Positions 16,368 through 26,488 of a stretch of 64,000 bases of DNA are shown here, piece after piece. The position numbers were made by a program, and so were the translations under genes. How positions within the stretch are numbered: position 1 is the first letter of the stretch; each line of letters opens with the position of its first letter. The stretch spans positions 256,001 to 320,000 of the forward strand of contig CBDCTZ010000008.1 of NCBI GenBank assembly GCA_965222375.1. Direction: 5' to 3'. The notes under the pieces were generated by a model. The model had not been told where the DNA came from and did not search any database. It saw only the letters and a program-made list of their open reading frames with translations. Source of the DNA: Polyangiaceae bacterium (lineage in GTDB: Bacteria; Myxococcota_A; Polyangia; Polyangiales; Polyangiaceae).

Positions 16368-17318
16368 TCAACGCGGCACGGGCACCGAGCACGAGTCTTG
16401 GGGCCCCAGCCAGCTCATCAGGTTGACCCAGAGTTTCTCGATCTCCGGCAGCGTCGTCCATTCCGAATCGAATTCGATCCACTCGTCACCCCAGACCACC
16501 GCACGCCCTTTGCCGCGCTCGTGGGCAAACACCACGGGGCCCGCGGCAATTGTGCCGATGGGCGTGCTCGTGCCGCCGGCGCCGCCACTGTCAGCGATGA
16601 CGTAGCCGCCGAGGAAGGTGACCGACGTGAGCCCGGCCGTGACCGGGTGCGTCGCGAAGTTGGTGATGGGCCCGTTTTGCAGCCCGGGCTGATACGAAAG
16701 CCCGAAAGGAGCCAGCAATGAATTGGTGTGGAAGTCGGGATCCGGGTTGCCGGTGTAGCCGGTCATGGACATGAATCCGCCACCGGCTTCTACCCAGGTC
16801 TTGAGGGTGTCGGCTTCGGGCGCCGTGTAGGCGCGGGACAGTCGGTCGAAGATGATGACGTCGTATTTGGCGAGCAGGGTTGCGTCGAAGGTCTCCGTTG
16901 CCGAGGTGTGGGTGCGCTCCACGGACGTGCCGCGCGCGGTGAGCCACCCCTGGAAGTTCGCGGATGGGTTCACGCCGGGGCTGCCGATGATGCCGATACT
17001 CAGGCAATCGCAAATACCGTCCTTGCCCACGTCCACGTCGTCGATCTTGCCGTTGCAGTCGTCGTCCATACCGTCGCACTTGGTCTCGGTGCTGCCCGTC
17101 GGCGTGCAACTCCCCGAGTCGGTGACGATACCGCCTCCGGTACCACCCGTGCCGGAGGAAGCGCCGCTACCGGAACTGCCCGAACTGCCTCCGCTGCCCG
17201 CTGCGCCTCCGACCGCACCGCCGCCGCCGAGCCCACTCGGTCCGGCCGTCTTTCCCTCGTCTGAGGAGCATTGGAGCAAGAGCCCACCGACGATCACGAG
17301 TCCGAGGTGCTGCAGCAT
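16368..17318 (-). CDS. Lipoprotein with Gly linker, CDGxDDDCNG motif and GATase1/ThuA-like domain
   Basis: Signal peptide ending LLLQC, Gly/Ser linker, CDGMDDDCNGKIDD, YDVIIF...WVEAGGG...GRAVVWGD. Confidence 0.75.
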   Translation of the reverse strand: MLQHLGLVIVGGLLLQCSSDEGKTAGPSGLGGGGAVGGAAGSGGSSGSSGSGASSGTGGTGGGIVTDSGSCTPTGSTETKCDGMDDDCNGKIDDVDVGKDGICDCLSIGIIGSPGVNPSANFQGWLTARGTSVERTHTSATETFDATLLAKYDVIIFDRLSRAYTAPEADTLKTWVEAGGGFMSMTGYTGNPDPDFHTNSLLAPFGLSYQPGLQNGPITNFATHPVTAGLTSVTFLGGYVIADSGGAGGTSTPIGTIAAGPVVFAHERGKGRAVVWGDEWIEFDSEWTTLPEIEKLWVNLMSWLGPQDSCSVPVPR

Positions 17319-17522
17319 GTCCTGAGCATACGCCATTCGGCCCTCGGTCACATCACGTCGGGGGCTCATGGTGGTCACCACGCCGCGCATGGCTGCGTCG
17401 GCCGCACCCCGGGGGCCAACGCGGGAGTCGTGCCCCAACGACGCCCCAGGGATGCGACCCCCAAAACCACGATTGCCGAAAAGATCGTGGCACGCGACAC
17501 GAAGCTGGCGGACAGTAGGCCC

Positions 17523-18179
17523 GTGGCTAGTTCGTTCCGCTTGGACATCGAGAAGTTCGTCGCGCTGACCGCGGCCATCGCGGCCGCCGGTTGCTCCCCC
17601 GCGCAGGCGGGGTCGGGTGCGAAGTCGGCAGAGCAGCCACCGGACTACGACACGACTCAAGGCGCTGACGCAGTGACGGTTCCGGAGCCGGAGGCCATCG
17701 AGCCCGAAGCGACGGAGCCCGTGTCGGAGGTGACGGATCCGCCGCCGACTCCCGGCTGCGATAACTCCGTCGGGGACGTGGACTGCAGCTTTGTCGATCC
17801 CCAGCGCTTCGCCGGGCCCATGTGCGAAGGCTTTCGCGGCTCCTGCGAATTGCTCAAAGACGGTCGTGCCTACAAGCCGCGGGCCGCGGCGGCCATCGCT
17901 CGCTGTTACGCCCGCCGGGGGCCGGCAGTCTGCAACATGCGGGTGCGCACGCAGTGTATTCGGGCGGGTCTCGAGGAGACCTGCGCGGATCCCAAGTTCA
18001 CGGAGTTTTGCGAAGACATCGTGCGCTCGTGCAAGAAGCGTCGGCGACGCATCGACTTCAACGTGGAGCAGTGCGTGAAGACCCTGTCAGGGATTGGGCC
18101 CGACGAGCTCAACTGGGCGAAGGGCGCCATGGGCAGCCCCTCCCGAGAGGGTTGTAAGTTGATGTTCCCGGTCTACTGA
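17523..18179 (+). CDS. Cys-rich putative lipoprotein
   Basis: FVALTAAIAAAGC lipobox-like; many Cys. Start uncertain. Confidence 0.65.
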   Translation: MASSFRLDIEKFVALTAAIAAAGCSPAQAGSGAKSAEQPPDYDTTQGADAVTVPEPEAIEPEATEPVSEVTDPPPTPGCDNSVGDVDCSFVDPQRFAGPMCEGFRGSCELLKDGRAYKPRAAAAIARCYARRGPAVCNMRVRTQCIRAGLEETCADPKFTEFCEDIVRSCKKRRRRIDFNVEQCVKTLSGIGPDELNWAKGAMGSPSREGCKLMFPVY

Positions 18180-18982
18180 CGCTTCGCGCGCTTGCGAGCT
18201 GGCTCCGCCTCATCGGATTCGTGCAAGTCGTCGGCGAGGTCGTCCTCTTCGTCTTCGTCGGTCGCGACTCGCTCCCTGCGGCCAGGCAGCTGATTCGCGC
18301 CGAAGGCAAAGGCGTCATCCTCGTGCAGCGCTTCGACGCGAGCATGCCCCTTCAAAGCGCGGCCTGCTCGTGGCGCCTCGGAGATGACCTGAGCGATCGC
18401 GTCCACGGCGGCCTGAAGCTGCTTTCCACGCTTCTGAGACAGGGCTGCAAAGTAGCTCCGAACCACTGCGTAGACCAGAAGCACCCAGGCGACCGCAACC
18501 GCCGGCAACATCCCGGTGCCCACGAAGCGCACGGCAAACGGCAGAACGAAGCCCAAGCCACCGCCGCCAACGCCTCCGACAACGCCGCCGAACAGGCCAC
18601 CAGCCAGGTTGCCGAGAGGCTCCGAGGCGACGATCTTCGTCTCGCCGAAGCGCGACGTGACGCTGAACTCGACCACTCGCTGCGTCGACGGCGGCCCCGT
18701 CGAGAATGTGAGCGTGCTTCCAATCCGAGACACCTGCCCCAGAGACGCAAAACGTGCGCGCAACAACTGCACGATGTCCTCTGCCAAGAGATCGTCGACC
18801 TCGCCAGCCACGCGCGCTTCGACGCGATGGTGAATGGCGCCGCCCAACACAAGGGGCCAAAAGCCGCCGGGTTTTGCCTGAGTTATCTGCAGCTGGCGGA
18901 TCTGCGCCTCGGCGTCTTCGAGCTGTCCCTCCAAGGAACGCACTCGGGCTCTCAGTTGCTCAGCTTCGTCGCGATAGCCCAC
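18173..18982 (-). CDS. Membrane protein with N-terminal coiled coil
   Basis: Coiled coil, GGLFGGVVGGVGGGG TM hairpin, acidic tail. Confidence 0.65.
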   Translation of the reverse strand: MGYRDEAEQLRARVRSLEGQLEDAEAQIRQLQITQAKPGGFWPLVLGGAIHHRVEARVAGEVDDLLAEDIVQLLRARFASLGQVSRIGSTLTFSTGPPSTQRVVEFSVTSRFGETKIVASEPLGNLAGGLFGGVVGGVGGGGLGFVLPFAVRFVGTGMLPAVAVAWVLLVYAVVRSYFAALSQKRGKQLQAAVDAIAQVISEAPRAGRALKGHARVEALHEDDAFAFGANQLPGRRERVATDEDEEDDLADDLHESDEAEPARKRAKRQ

Positions 18983-19063
18983 GTCAGCGCACTGTAACAT
19001 TCGTGTTGCTAAGCAGAGTAGCGGTGGACAGGTGCATGTGCGCTCGGGCATTTTTGCTGACCC

Positions 19064-20305
19064 ATGCCGGATTCTCGCGACAAAGTCTTGGGCGTCGTTT
19101 TGGCAGGTGGCGAAGGTCGCCGTTTGGCCCCGCTCACGGATGATCGAGCCAAACCCGCCGTTCCTTTCGGTGGTGTGTATCGCTTGATCGATTTCGCACT
19201 GTCCAATCTGGTCAACGCTGGTTACCTGCGCATCGCGGTGCTCACGCAATACAAGAGCCACAGCCTCGACAAACACCTGGCGCAAACGTGGCGAATGTCA
19301 CCCCTCTTCGGCAACTACGTGATGAGTGTGCCCGCACAGATGCGTCTGGGCCGGCGCTGGTTCGAAGGTTCTGCCGACGCCGTTTACCAAAACCTGAATC
19401 TGATAACCGATGAAGATCCCGACTACATTTGTGTGTTTGGCGCCGACCACATCTATCGGTGCGACCCTTCTCAAATGGTCGAAGCCCACAAGCAGACTGG
19501 CGCTGGCGTCACCGTGGCGGGCATTCGCGTGCCCTTAGAGGAATCGTCGCGCTTCGGGATCATCGAGCCCGATGAGCGCGGCCGCATCAAGAGCTTTCGA
19601 GAAAAACCAAGCGACGCGGTGGGCTTGAGCGAAGCGCCGGATTCGGTTCTAGCGTCCATGGGCAACTACGTGTTCGACCGAGAGGTCCTCGTCAATGCGG
19701 TTCGAGAAGACGCTGAGCGGGAAGGCAGCCGCCACGACATGGGCGGCGACATCATCACGGGGCTAGTGGCAAGCGGCGATGCTGCGGTCTACGACTTCAC
19801 CCACAACGAGATCCCCGGCTCCACGGAGCGCGACAAGGGGTACTGGCGCGACGTGGGGACCTTGGACAGCTACTACGACGCCCAGATGGATCTCATCAGC
19901 GTGCACCCGATCTTCAATCTGTATAACCAGGAGTGGCCTATCCACACCTGGTACGGCTCCCTGCCGCCGGCGAAGTTCGTTTTCGACGAAGACGGACGGC
20001 GAGGCCAGGCGTTGGATTCCATCGTGGCCTCGGGGGTCATCATCGCGGGCGGTTCCGTTCGACACAGCGTGATTTCGCCCGGTGTGCGGGTCGACCCTGG
20101 CGCCAAGATCGACGATTCGGTTCTGATGAACGACGTTCACATCGGGGAGGGAGCTGTGGTCCGGCGGGCCATCTTGGACAAGGGCGTCGTCGTCGAACCT
20201 GGGGCGGAGATCGGCGTCGATGCCGAAAAGGACCGCGCTCGTGGACTCACGCTCAGTGAGCGCGGCGTCGCGGTCGTGAAAAAGAGCAGCGTCATCTCAC
20301 CATGA
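19064..20305 (+). CDS. glgC: Glucose-1-phosphate adenylyltransferase
   Basis: [47 protein letters not shown]. Confidence 0.97.
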   Translation: MPDSRDKVLGVVLAGGEGRRLAPLTDDRAKPAVPFGGVYRLIDFALSNLVNAGYLRIAVLTQYKSHSLDKHLAQTWRMSPLFGNYVMSVPAQMRLGRRWFEGSADAVYQNLNLITDEDPDYICVFGADHIYRCDPSQMVEAHKQTGAGVTVAGIRVPLEESSRFGIIEPDERGRIKSFREKPSDAVGLSEAPDSVLASMGNYVFDREVLVNAVREDAEREGSRHDMGGDIITGLVASGDAAVYDFTHNEIPGSTERDKGYWRDVGTLDSYYDAQMDLISVHPIFNLYNQEWPIHTWYGSLPPAKFVFDEDGRRGQALDSIVASGVIIAGGSVRHSVISPGVRVDPGAKIDDSVLMNDVHIGEGAVVRRAILDKGVVVEPGAEIGVDAEKDRARGLTLSERGVAVVKKSSVISP

Positions 20306-21504
20306 GCGCGGAGCCACAGATTGCCCTTGTCTCCCGGGAGTACCCACCGGACGTCTACGGCGGCGCCGGCGTGCACGTGGAGTACCTGGCGCGAGAGCTC
20401 TCCAAGCTGACCGACATTGCCGTTCACTGCTTTGGCGACGCGCGGGAGGAGCCTTTCGTCTCGGCTCACCCGAGCTGGACCAGGCTCGATGGCGCAGCGC
20501 CGCACCTGGCCGCGCTGCGGACTCTGGCCACGGATCTGTCCGTGGCCAAGGAACTCGACGGCGCCGCGTTGGTGCACACCCATACCTGGTACGCCAACTT
20601 CGCCGGCCACCTGGCGAAGTTGCTCTACGGTATTCCCCACGTGATGACGACCCACAGCCTCGAGCCCCTGCGCCCATGGAAGGCGGAACAACTCAAAGGC
20701 GGCTACGAGGTCTCGTCTTTCTGCGAGCGCGTCGCGATCGAAAACGCAGACCGCGTCATCGCCGTTTCCGCGGGAATGAAACGCGACATCCTGGCCGCCT
20801 ATCCCAGAGTGGACCCCAGCCGCGTGGAAGTCATCTTCAACGGCATCGATCTGGACGAGTACCGCCCCAGCCCGGACGCGGCCGTCTTGAAGGAACACGG
20901 TATCGACAGCAGTGCTCCCTACGCCGTGTTCGTCGGACGCATCACGCGTCAGAAGGGCATCGTACATCTGCTGCGAGCCGCCGAGGCGTTGTCCAAGGAG
21001 ATCGGTCTGGTGCTCTGCGCCGGGCAGCCCGACACCCCGGAGCTGGCCCAGGAGTTTCGCCAGCGCTTCGAGGCGCTGACCCGAGAGCGCAGCAATGTCG
21101 TCTGGATCGAGCAAATGCTCCCGCGAAAGCAGCTCATCGCCATTTTGAGCCAAGCGCGCGTCTTCGTGTGCCCGTCGGTCTACGAACCCTTTGGGATCGT
21201 GAATCTCGAGGCCATGGCCTGCGGGATCCCAGTCCTGGCTTCGGCAGTGGGCGGGATCCCAGAGATCGTCATCCCGGAGCAGACCGGACAGCTCGTTCAA
21301 TTCGCCCCTCAGGACGGATCCACGGAGCCCCGAGACGCCCGCCAATTCGCGGCCGATCTAGCCGCTGGGATCGAGCGTGTGGCAACTGACGCCGACCTCG
21401 CCGCGCGCTGGGGCCGGGCGGGCCGCGCCCGCGTCGAAGCCGAGTTTTCCTGGACGGAGATCGCGAAAAGGACCCTCCGCACATACCGCCGGCTGCTTCA
21501 TTAA
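20302..21504 (+). CDS. glgA: GT4 glycogen synthase of actinobacterial type (GlgA/GlgM-like)
   Basis: [54 protein letters not shown]. Confidence 0.92.
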   Translation: MSAEPQIALVSREYPPDVYGGAGVHVEYLARELSKLTDIAVHCFGDAREEPFVSAHPSWTRLDGAAPHLAALRTLATDLSVAKELDGAALVHTHTWYANFAGHLAKLLYGIPHVMTTHSLEPLRPWKAEQLKGGYEVSSFCERVAIENADRVIAVSAGMKRDILAAYPRVDPSRVEVIFNGIDLDEYRPSPDAAVLKEHGIDSSAPYAVFVGRITRQKGIVHLLRAAEALSKEIGLVLCAGQPDTPELAQEFRQRFEALTRERSNVVWIEQMLPRKQLIAILSQARVFVCPSVYEPFGIVNLEAMACGIPVLASAVGGIPEIVIPEQTGQLVQFAPQDGSTEPRDARQFAADLAAGIERVATDADLAARWGRAGRARVEAEFSWTEIAKRTLRTYRRLLH

Positions 21505-21601
21505 GCTGCATGATTTCAACAACTTAACGGCTCGGAGGGACAAGTCGGTGAATCCGTACGCAGCGACCCGGGCTTTTGCGGCATGATGATGACGACAACG
21601 C

Positions 21602-22543
21602 ATGGCGTCCAACGACGGCAGTAACGACTTTCCCGACGAGGAAGAATTCGAAGGGGATCGCACCGCAATCGTTAACCTGCGCGAGCTGCGCCGCTCCAGC
21701 ATGCCGGCGGGCCCCGACCGACATGTGATCGTGCGCATGGATGCGGCCAGCGTCGGGAAAGTGATGACCCTCGACGGCAACGAGTACCGCCTGGGAAGGC
21801 ACCCGAGCTGCCAAGTCGTACTGAACGATGACGGGGTCAGTCGACGCCATGCCCGCATCGCCAAAGATGGCGGCAGCTACGTGCTAGAAGACATGGGCAG
21901 CGCCAACGGCACGTTCATCGCAGGCAAACGCATCGACAGGCAGCCGCTCCGCGACGGCGACGTATTCCAACTCGGCCCGAACGTGATGTATCGCTACACA
22001 TTCACGGACGCGAGTCAGGAGCGCATGCTGCAGCAGCTCTACGACGCCAGCGTCAAAGATGCCCTCACGGGCGCCTACAATCGCGAACACTTCGAGGAGC
22101 GCCTCAAAGTGGAAGTGGCCTACGCCAATCGCCACAGTACGACGGTTTCGCTGGTGATGTTCGACCTGGACCACTTCAAGAAGGTCAACGACACCTACGG
22201 CCATCAAGCCGGCGACGCGGTGCTCGTGGCGGTGTCGAAAATCGTTTCCCACGGCCTACGCACCGAAGACGTGTTTGCTCGTTATGGCGGGGAAGAGTTC
22301 GCCATCGTGCTGCGGGGCATCGATCTCAAGGGCGCAGCCGCCGTCAGTGAACGGATTCGACAGCGCCTGGCCGCGAACCCGGTGCCCTTCGAACAGCACC
22401 GAATCGAAGTGAGCATGAGCGTGGGCTGCGCCGCCCTCACCTGCTGCCCGGAAGTGTCCACGACCACTCTGGTCGCGATCGCGGATCGGCGCTTGTACGC
22501 TGCCAAGCGGGGCGGTCGCAATCGAGTCGTCTTCGAAGGCTAG
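21602..22543 (+). CDS. FHA-GGDEF diguanylate cyclase
   Basis: FHA GR..SRRHA..SANGT; DLDHFKKVNDTYGH, I-site RTED, RYGGEEF. Confidence 0.95.
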   Translation: MASNDGSNDFPDEEEFEGDRTAIVNLRELRRSSMPAGPDRHVIVRMDAASVGKVMTLDGNEYRLGRHPSCQVVLNDDGVSRRHARIAKDGGSYVLEDMGSANGTFIAGKRIDRQPLRDGDVFQLGPNVMYRYTFTDASQERMLQQLYDASVKDALTGAYNREHFEERLKVEVAYANRHSTTVSLVMFDLDHFKKVNDTYGHQAGDAVLVAVSKIVSHGLRTEDVFARYGGEEFAIVLRGIDLKGAAAVSERIRQRLAANPVPFEQHRIEVSMSVGCAALTCCPEVSTTTLVAIADRRLYAAKRGGRNRVVFEG

Positions 22544-23472
22544 GGCTTGGGCTCGGCTTCGGACTCGGGCTCGGCTTCGGACTCGGGCTCGGCTTCGGAC
22601 TCGGGCTCGCTCGGTTCGGGGCGCGCCCACACGTCCATCCGACGCAGGTCTTCCCACACCTGGCCTGCGGACGTGTAGCGGTACTGCTCCGTGCGCCGCA
22701 GCATCACGCTGGCGATGTGGCCCAAGGGTGTGCCCAGGGCTTCCGCCTTGGCGCGGGGTGACCCCAGGCGGATCTGCTCGACGATGCCGTCGTAGCCGAC
22801 CGAAAAGTCCAGCGCCTGCTCCCCGGTGTGCATTTGATACAGCAGCAGGCCCAACTGATACAGATCGCTCTGCTTGGTGGTGTATCCACCTGCCAGGACC
22901 TCCGGCGCCATGATGCGATGATGCACGACGTCCGGGCGCACGGCGTACTGCCCGTACATCTCCTGGGCGATGCCCAAATCGCTCAGCTTGCAGGTCAACT
23001 TGTGCCCCTGCACCATGAGCACATTGCCCGCGTGGAGGTCGTTGTGCACGATCTCGTTGTCCGCCAGGTACTGGATGGCGAACAACAGTTGGCGCATCAC
23101 CTCGACCACCAGGCGATCCGTAAAGGGCTGGGTCAACATGGTCTCGAGGGCGTGGTCGCAGCGTTCCAGTACCAGCGCGAAGTGGCCGGATTGCTCGAAG
23201 TAGTCGAACACGTGCACGATGTTGGGGTGGCGCAAGCGGTAGAGCCGATCCGCTTCCCGCAGCCACTCGGTTCGCACTTCTTGGTAGGGCCGGTCTTGAG
23301 GCTGGAAGATCTTGAGAGCAAAAGATTGGTCGAAGGGGCCGACGCAATCGAACACCGCTCCATAGGCGCCATCCCCCAAGAGGTTGCCGAGGAGGTAGGT
23401 CCAGCCCCGGGGCGAGCGCAAAACGCCGCCGCTCATGGGGAAAGCCTTGGATCCGCTGATTACCTCGGTCAC
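22540..23472 (-). CDS. Ser/Thr protein kinase (atypical catalytic loop)
   Basis: LGDGAYGAV, ALK, HPNIV, HNDLHAGN, DLG, APE, SDLYQLG. Confidence 0.88.
   Translation of the reverse strand: MTEVISGSKAFPMSGGVLRSPRGWTYLLGNLLGDGAYGAVFDCVGPFDQSFALKIFQPQDRPYQEVRTEWLREADRLYRLRHPNIVHVFDYFEQSGHFALVLERCDHALETMLTQPFTDRLVVEVMRQLLFAIQYLADNEIVHNDLHAGNVLMVQGHKLTCKLSDLGIAQEMYGQYAVRPDVVHHRIMAPEVLAGGYTTKQSDLYQLGLLLYQMHTGEQALDFSVGYDGIVEQIRLGSPRAKAEALGTPLGHIASVMLRRTEQYRYTSAGQVWEDLRRMDVWARPEPSEPESEAEPESEAEPESEAEPKP
22549..22609. repeat. 18-bp coding tandem repeat x3.4 (EPESEA)
   Basis: GGGCTCGGCTTCGGACTC units. Confidence 0.9.
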
Positions 23473-23556
23473 GGCACGAAAACTCCAGGGGGCGGGCGAG
23501 TTGCCGGGCAGCTGGACTTGCGCGCCGGCCTAACATTGGCTAATAGCTCGCGACTC

Positions 23557-23721
23557 ATGTCGAATCGAGCGATTTGGAACGTCCGGCGCCGCCACGAGTG
23601 GCTCGCGCAGGAACCCAAGAAAAAGCGGATGAAACTGCGCAAGCGATTGCGCTGCGGGTTGGAGCAGGCCCTCCAGCGCAAGAAAGCCAAAGCCGAGCCC
23701 GAAGCGGCCGCCGGCGGCTGA
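23557..23721 (+). CDS. Small basic protein (54 aa)
   Basis: MSNRAIWNVRRRHEW...KKKRMKLRKRL fills the gap between minus-strand genes. Confidence 0.5.
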   Translation: MSNRAIWNVRRRHEWLAQEPKKKRMKLRKRLRCGLEQALQRKKAKAEPEAAAGG

Positions 23722-23730
23722 TTCAGTATT

Positions 23731-24642
23731 TCAGTGACCGCTTGCAGGTGGCTCTCCTTCCCAGGCAGCCGCCCAGGTCATGCTGCGCGTTGAACGCGCA
23801 AGGCCCAGGCGTCCATCCGCAGCTGCGAGGATGATGCCGCCAGTGGAGCCGACGCGCTCCTCGAGCTCGCGCACCGCACCGGCTGCAGCCGACAGCGGCT
23901 CCGCACCCGCCACCAATCGCTGCACTGCGGCGTAGGCCATGCTCACCCGTATGATGCCTTCGCCATGACCCGTCGCGGACGCCGCACCGCCGGTGATGTC
24001 AGCGTAGGTGCCCGCACCTATCAGCGGCGTATCTCCCACTCGCCCGGCGCGCTTGGCCGCCGTGCCTCCGGTACTCGTCGCCGAGGCCACATTGCCCGAG
24101 CCATCTACGGCCACGGCGCCCACCGTGCCTCCGGCCCAACTTTGGGCCTCGCCCTGGGCGAGGGCGTCCTTCAACTTGGTGCGTGCTCGGTCGGTGATCA
24201 TGTCGGCCGGGTCCGCTGGACGAAACCCATTGTCCGTTGCAAACGCCGCCGCGCCTTCGCCGGCGTAGAGCACGTGCGCACCGTCCTCCAAGACTGCGCG
24301 CGCGATCTGAACGGGATTCTCGAAGGGAGGCAGCGCGCAAATCCCACCGGCACGGAGCTGTCGCCCCTCCATCACGCTGGCATCGAGCTGCAAATGCCCA
24401 TCCCGCGTCAGGCTGCCCCCCGTGGCAGCGTTGAAGCAGGGATCGTCTTCCAACACGCAGACGGCGCCCACCACGGCATCGAGGGCGGAGCCCCCCTGGG
24501 CCAGAACCTCCTGGCCTGCTCGCGCCGCCCGTACGCAGCCCGCCTCGTGCACGGCAATTCGATCCTGGGGCACGTCGCCCGCGCCGCCGTGTACGAGCAG
24601 ACCTGGCCCGCGGCCACCCGTCCAGGACGCCGTCACGCTCAT
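23731..24642 (-). CDS. iaaA: Isoaspartyl peptidase/L-asparaginase (Ntn hydrolase)
   Basis: VHGGAG, LEDDPCFNA, GTVGAVA, TSTGG, GRVGDTP, TGHGE. Confidence 0.92.
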   Translation of the reverse strand: MSVTASWTGGRGPGLLVHGGAGDVPQDRIAVHEAGCVRAARAGQEVLAQGGSALDAVVGAVCVLEDDPCFNAATGGSLTRDGHLQLDASVMEGRQLRAGGICALPPFENPVQIARAVLEDGAHVLYAGEGAAAFATDNGFRPADPADMITDRARTKLKDALAQGEAQSWAGGTVGAVAVDGSGNVASATSTGGTAAKRAGRVGDTPLIGAGTYADITGGAASATGHGEGIIRVSMAYAAVQRLVAGAEPLSAAAGAVRELEERVGSTGGIILAAADGRLGLARSTRSMTWAAAWEGEPPASGH

Positions 24643-25331
24643 CTCTGATCCCTCGACGCGTAGAGCCCGAGGGGCAAGCCACAACAGACGAGCCAGTAGG
24701 GAGCGACCCGCCCGGCAGCCACCGCGTGAAACAGGAAGATCGCGACGGCAATCGTCGCCATTGCCGAATAGGCCGCGCCCCGCAGCTTCGTGATGCGCGC
24801 GCCCCATAGGGGCGCCGAGATCCCCAGGGACGCCACGGCGAGCAGGGCACCCCAGCGCGGTGGCGGCGGAAGATCTGGCCGGGCCTCTTTATCCAGAAAC
24901 TGCAATGCGCCGTCCGAGCTCACGGCAACGCCCTGGGTTGCTTCCACGAGCTGTCCGCCTTGCACGCGAAACTCGGCGCCCCGCGCGGGAGTCGGAAACA
25001 GTGCGGCGGGTGCGGACCAGGAACCGCCAATCATGACGACCGCGACCAGCGCCATGAGCCAACCACCCGCAACCGCGCCCACAGTGGCCCGTGCGCGCCG
25101 AGCACCGAGTGCCGCCAGCGCCGCGAGTTCGCCTCGCCGCTCGAGCTGGGCGACGGCAAGGAACGCCGCGATGGCGGCAGCAGCGGGGATGAGTACACTC
25201 AAACGCGCGAGTCGCTGCCCCACGCCACTCCCGATTTCATCCGTGAGCAGCATGACGACCAGGGTCACGACGGCGACGGCCACGCCCAGGACGAAGGTCC
25301 GGATCGCGAGCAGTCGGTCCTGCGGTGTCAT
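24639..25331 (-). CDS. Membrane protein, reduced LptF/LptG-like
   Basis: Several TMs; LERRGELAALAALG resembles the LptF/G coupling helix. Confidence 0.55.
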   Translation of the reverse strand: MTPQDRLLAIRTFVLGVAVAVVTLVVMLLTDEIGSGVGQRLARLSVLIPAAAAIAAFLAVAQLERRGELAALAALGARRARATVGAVAGGWLMALVAVVMIGGSWSAPAALFPTPARGAEFRVQGGQLVEATQGVAVSSDGALQFLDKEARPDLPPPPRWGALLAVASLGISAPLWGARITKLRGAAYSAMATIAVAIFLFHAVAAGRVAPYWLVCCGLPLGLYASRDQR

Positions 25332-25419
25332 CGTGGGTGGATCCTACACGCCACACGGGGGGTGGCGCTGTAACACCGTAGATTTGCCCAAAGCGATACA
25401 AATTCGCTAGCGCTTCCCC

Positions 25420-25953
25420 ATGCCCGGATACAAATCCCTCGTCGCATTCCTGCTCGTCCTGTCCAGCTGCGCCGAATTCGGCCAGAAGGACGACGCCAAG
25501 ATCCCCGGCGATGAGCTCGGCACCTTTCACGTCGTCGGCCGCATGGACGTGTCCAGCTGCGGCCCCGGAGCCCTCGGTTCCAAACCGGTCTGGGAGTTCG
25601 ATGTGAAGCTGTCCCGGGATGGCAACGATCTATATTGGCTCAACGGTCAGGAACCGATCTACGGCCGAATTTCCGCCGACGGCGTCACCTTCTCTTTCGA
25701 CACCCAATCGGCCGTCACCACACGGCCCGCCAAGGGTGCCCTGCCCGGGTGCACGGTGATCCGCCGGGATTTGGCCAGTGGCGTACTCCAGGGCAGCGGC
25801 GAGGTCTCTGGTTTCGCGGCTGACATGCGCTTCGGCTACGCACCGACAGAAGTCAGCGATTGCACGGACCTGGTTGGGGTCGACGGCGGGTTCGCCCAGC
25901 TGCCGTGCGAGATAGGCTACGACCTCGACGCCGCTAAAGTCGCGAAACCTTGA
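25420..25953 (+). CDS. Lipoprotein
   Basis: LLVLSSC lipobox; beta-rich domain. Confidence 0.75.
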   Translation: MPGYKSLVAFLLVLSSCAEFGQKDDAKIPGDELGTFHVVGRMDVSSCGPGALGSKPVWEFDVKLSRDGNDLYWLNGQEPIYGRISADGVTFSFDTQSAVTTRPAKGALPGCTVIRRDLASGVLQGSGEVSGFAADMRFGYAPTEVSDCTDLVGVDGGFAQLPCEIGYDLDAAKVAKP

Positions 25954-26160
25954 GGTTAATTGCCGTATTTCGCTGCTTTCCTTGGCACCACCCGCGGCAA
26001 CGTGATTAACTCTGAACCAACGTGCAGGCAGGACACCAGTCCCGGAAACAGCCGGCGGGGATCCCCCGCACCTGCGCACGGCCAAAGGTCGCAATAGCGG
26101 CCTTTTCTACATGGAAACGTCCCAGACGGTGATTGCCGCGGGCGAAAGTCGCTTACGGCG

Positions 26161-26359
26161 GCTCTCCCGAGGGGCGTCCGGCAGCTTGCCGGAGGAGGAG
26201 AAAAATCGCATGAGCCGATATTTGACCCCGAACCCGGGACGGGTCCCCTTCACCGGAGGGCCGACGCCCTAACGACCGTCTAGCCTGCCTCGAAGCAGGC
26301 ACTCCCGGCGGTCAGGGTACGCGCAGCGATGCGTCGTAACCGGGACATCAGGGAGAATC
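26161..26359 (+). ncRNA. ssrS: 6S RNA
   Basis: About 200 nt in an ORF-free gap. Terminal stem TCTCCC..GTCCGG / CCGGGAC..GGGAGA. Internal TGAGCCGATATTT and 3' CATC..GGAGA.TC match E. coli 6S features as I recall them. Confidence 0.72.
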
Positions 26360-26488
26360 GGGACGAGCCGCGTGCATAAAGCAGCACGCGGCTCGTTTTT
26401 TTGTCTTCAGCGCACGGAAAGCCCTCATAAAACTGGCGTCTCAGGGGCTCCGCAAACGCGGCTGACAGTGCTAGCCTTCGCGCCGCTC

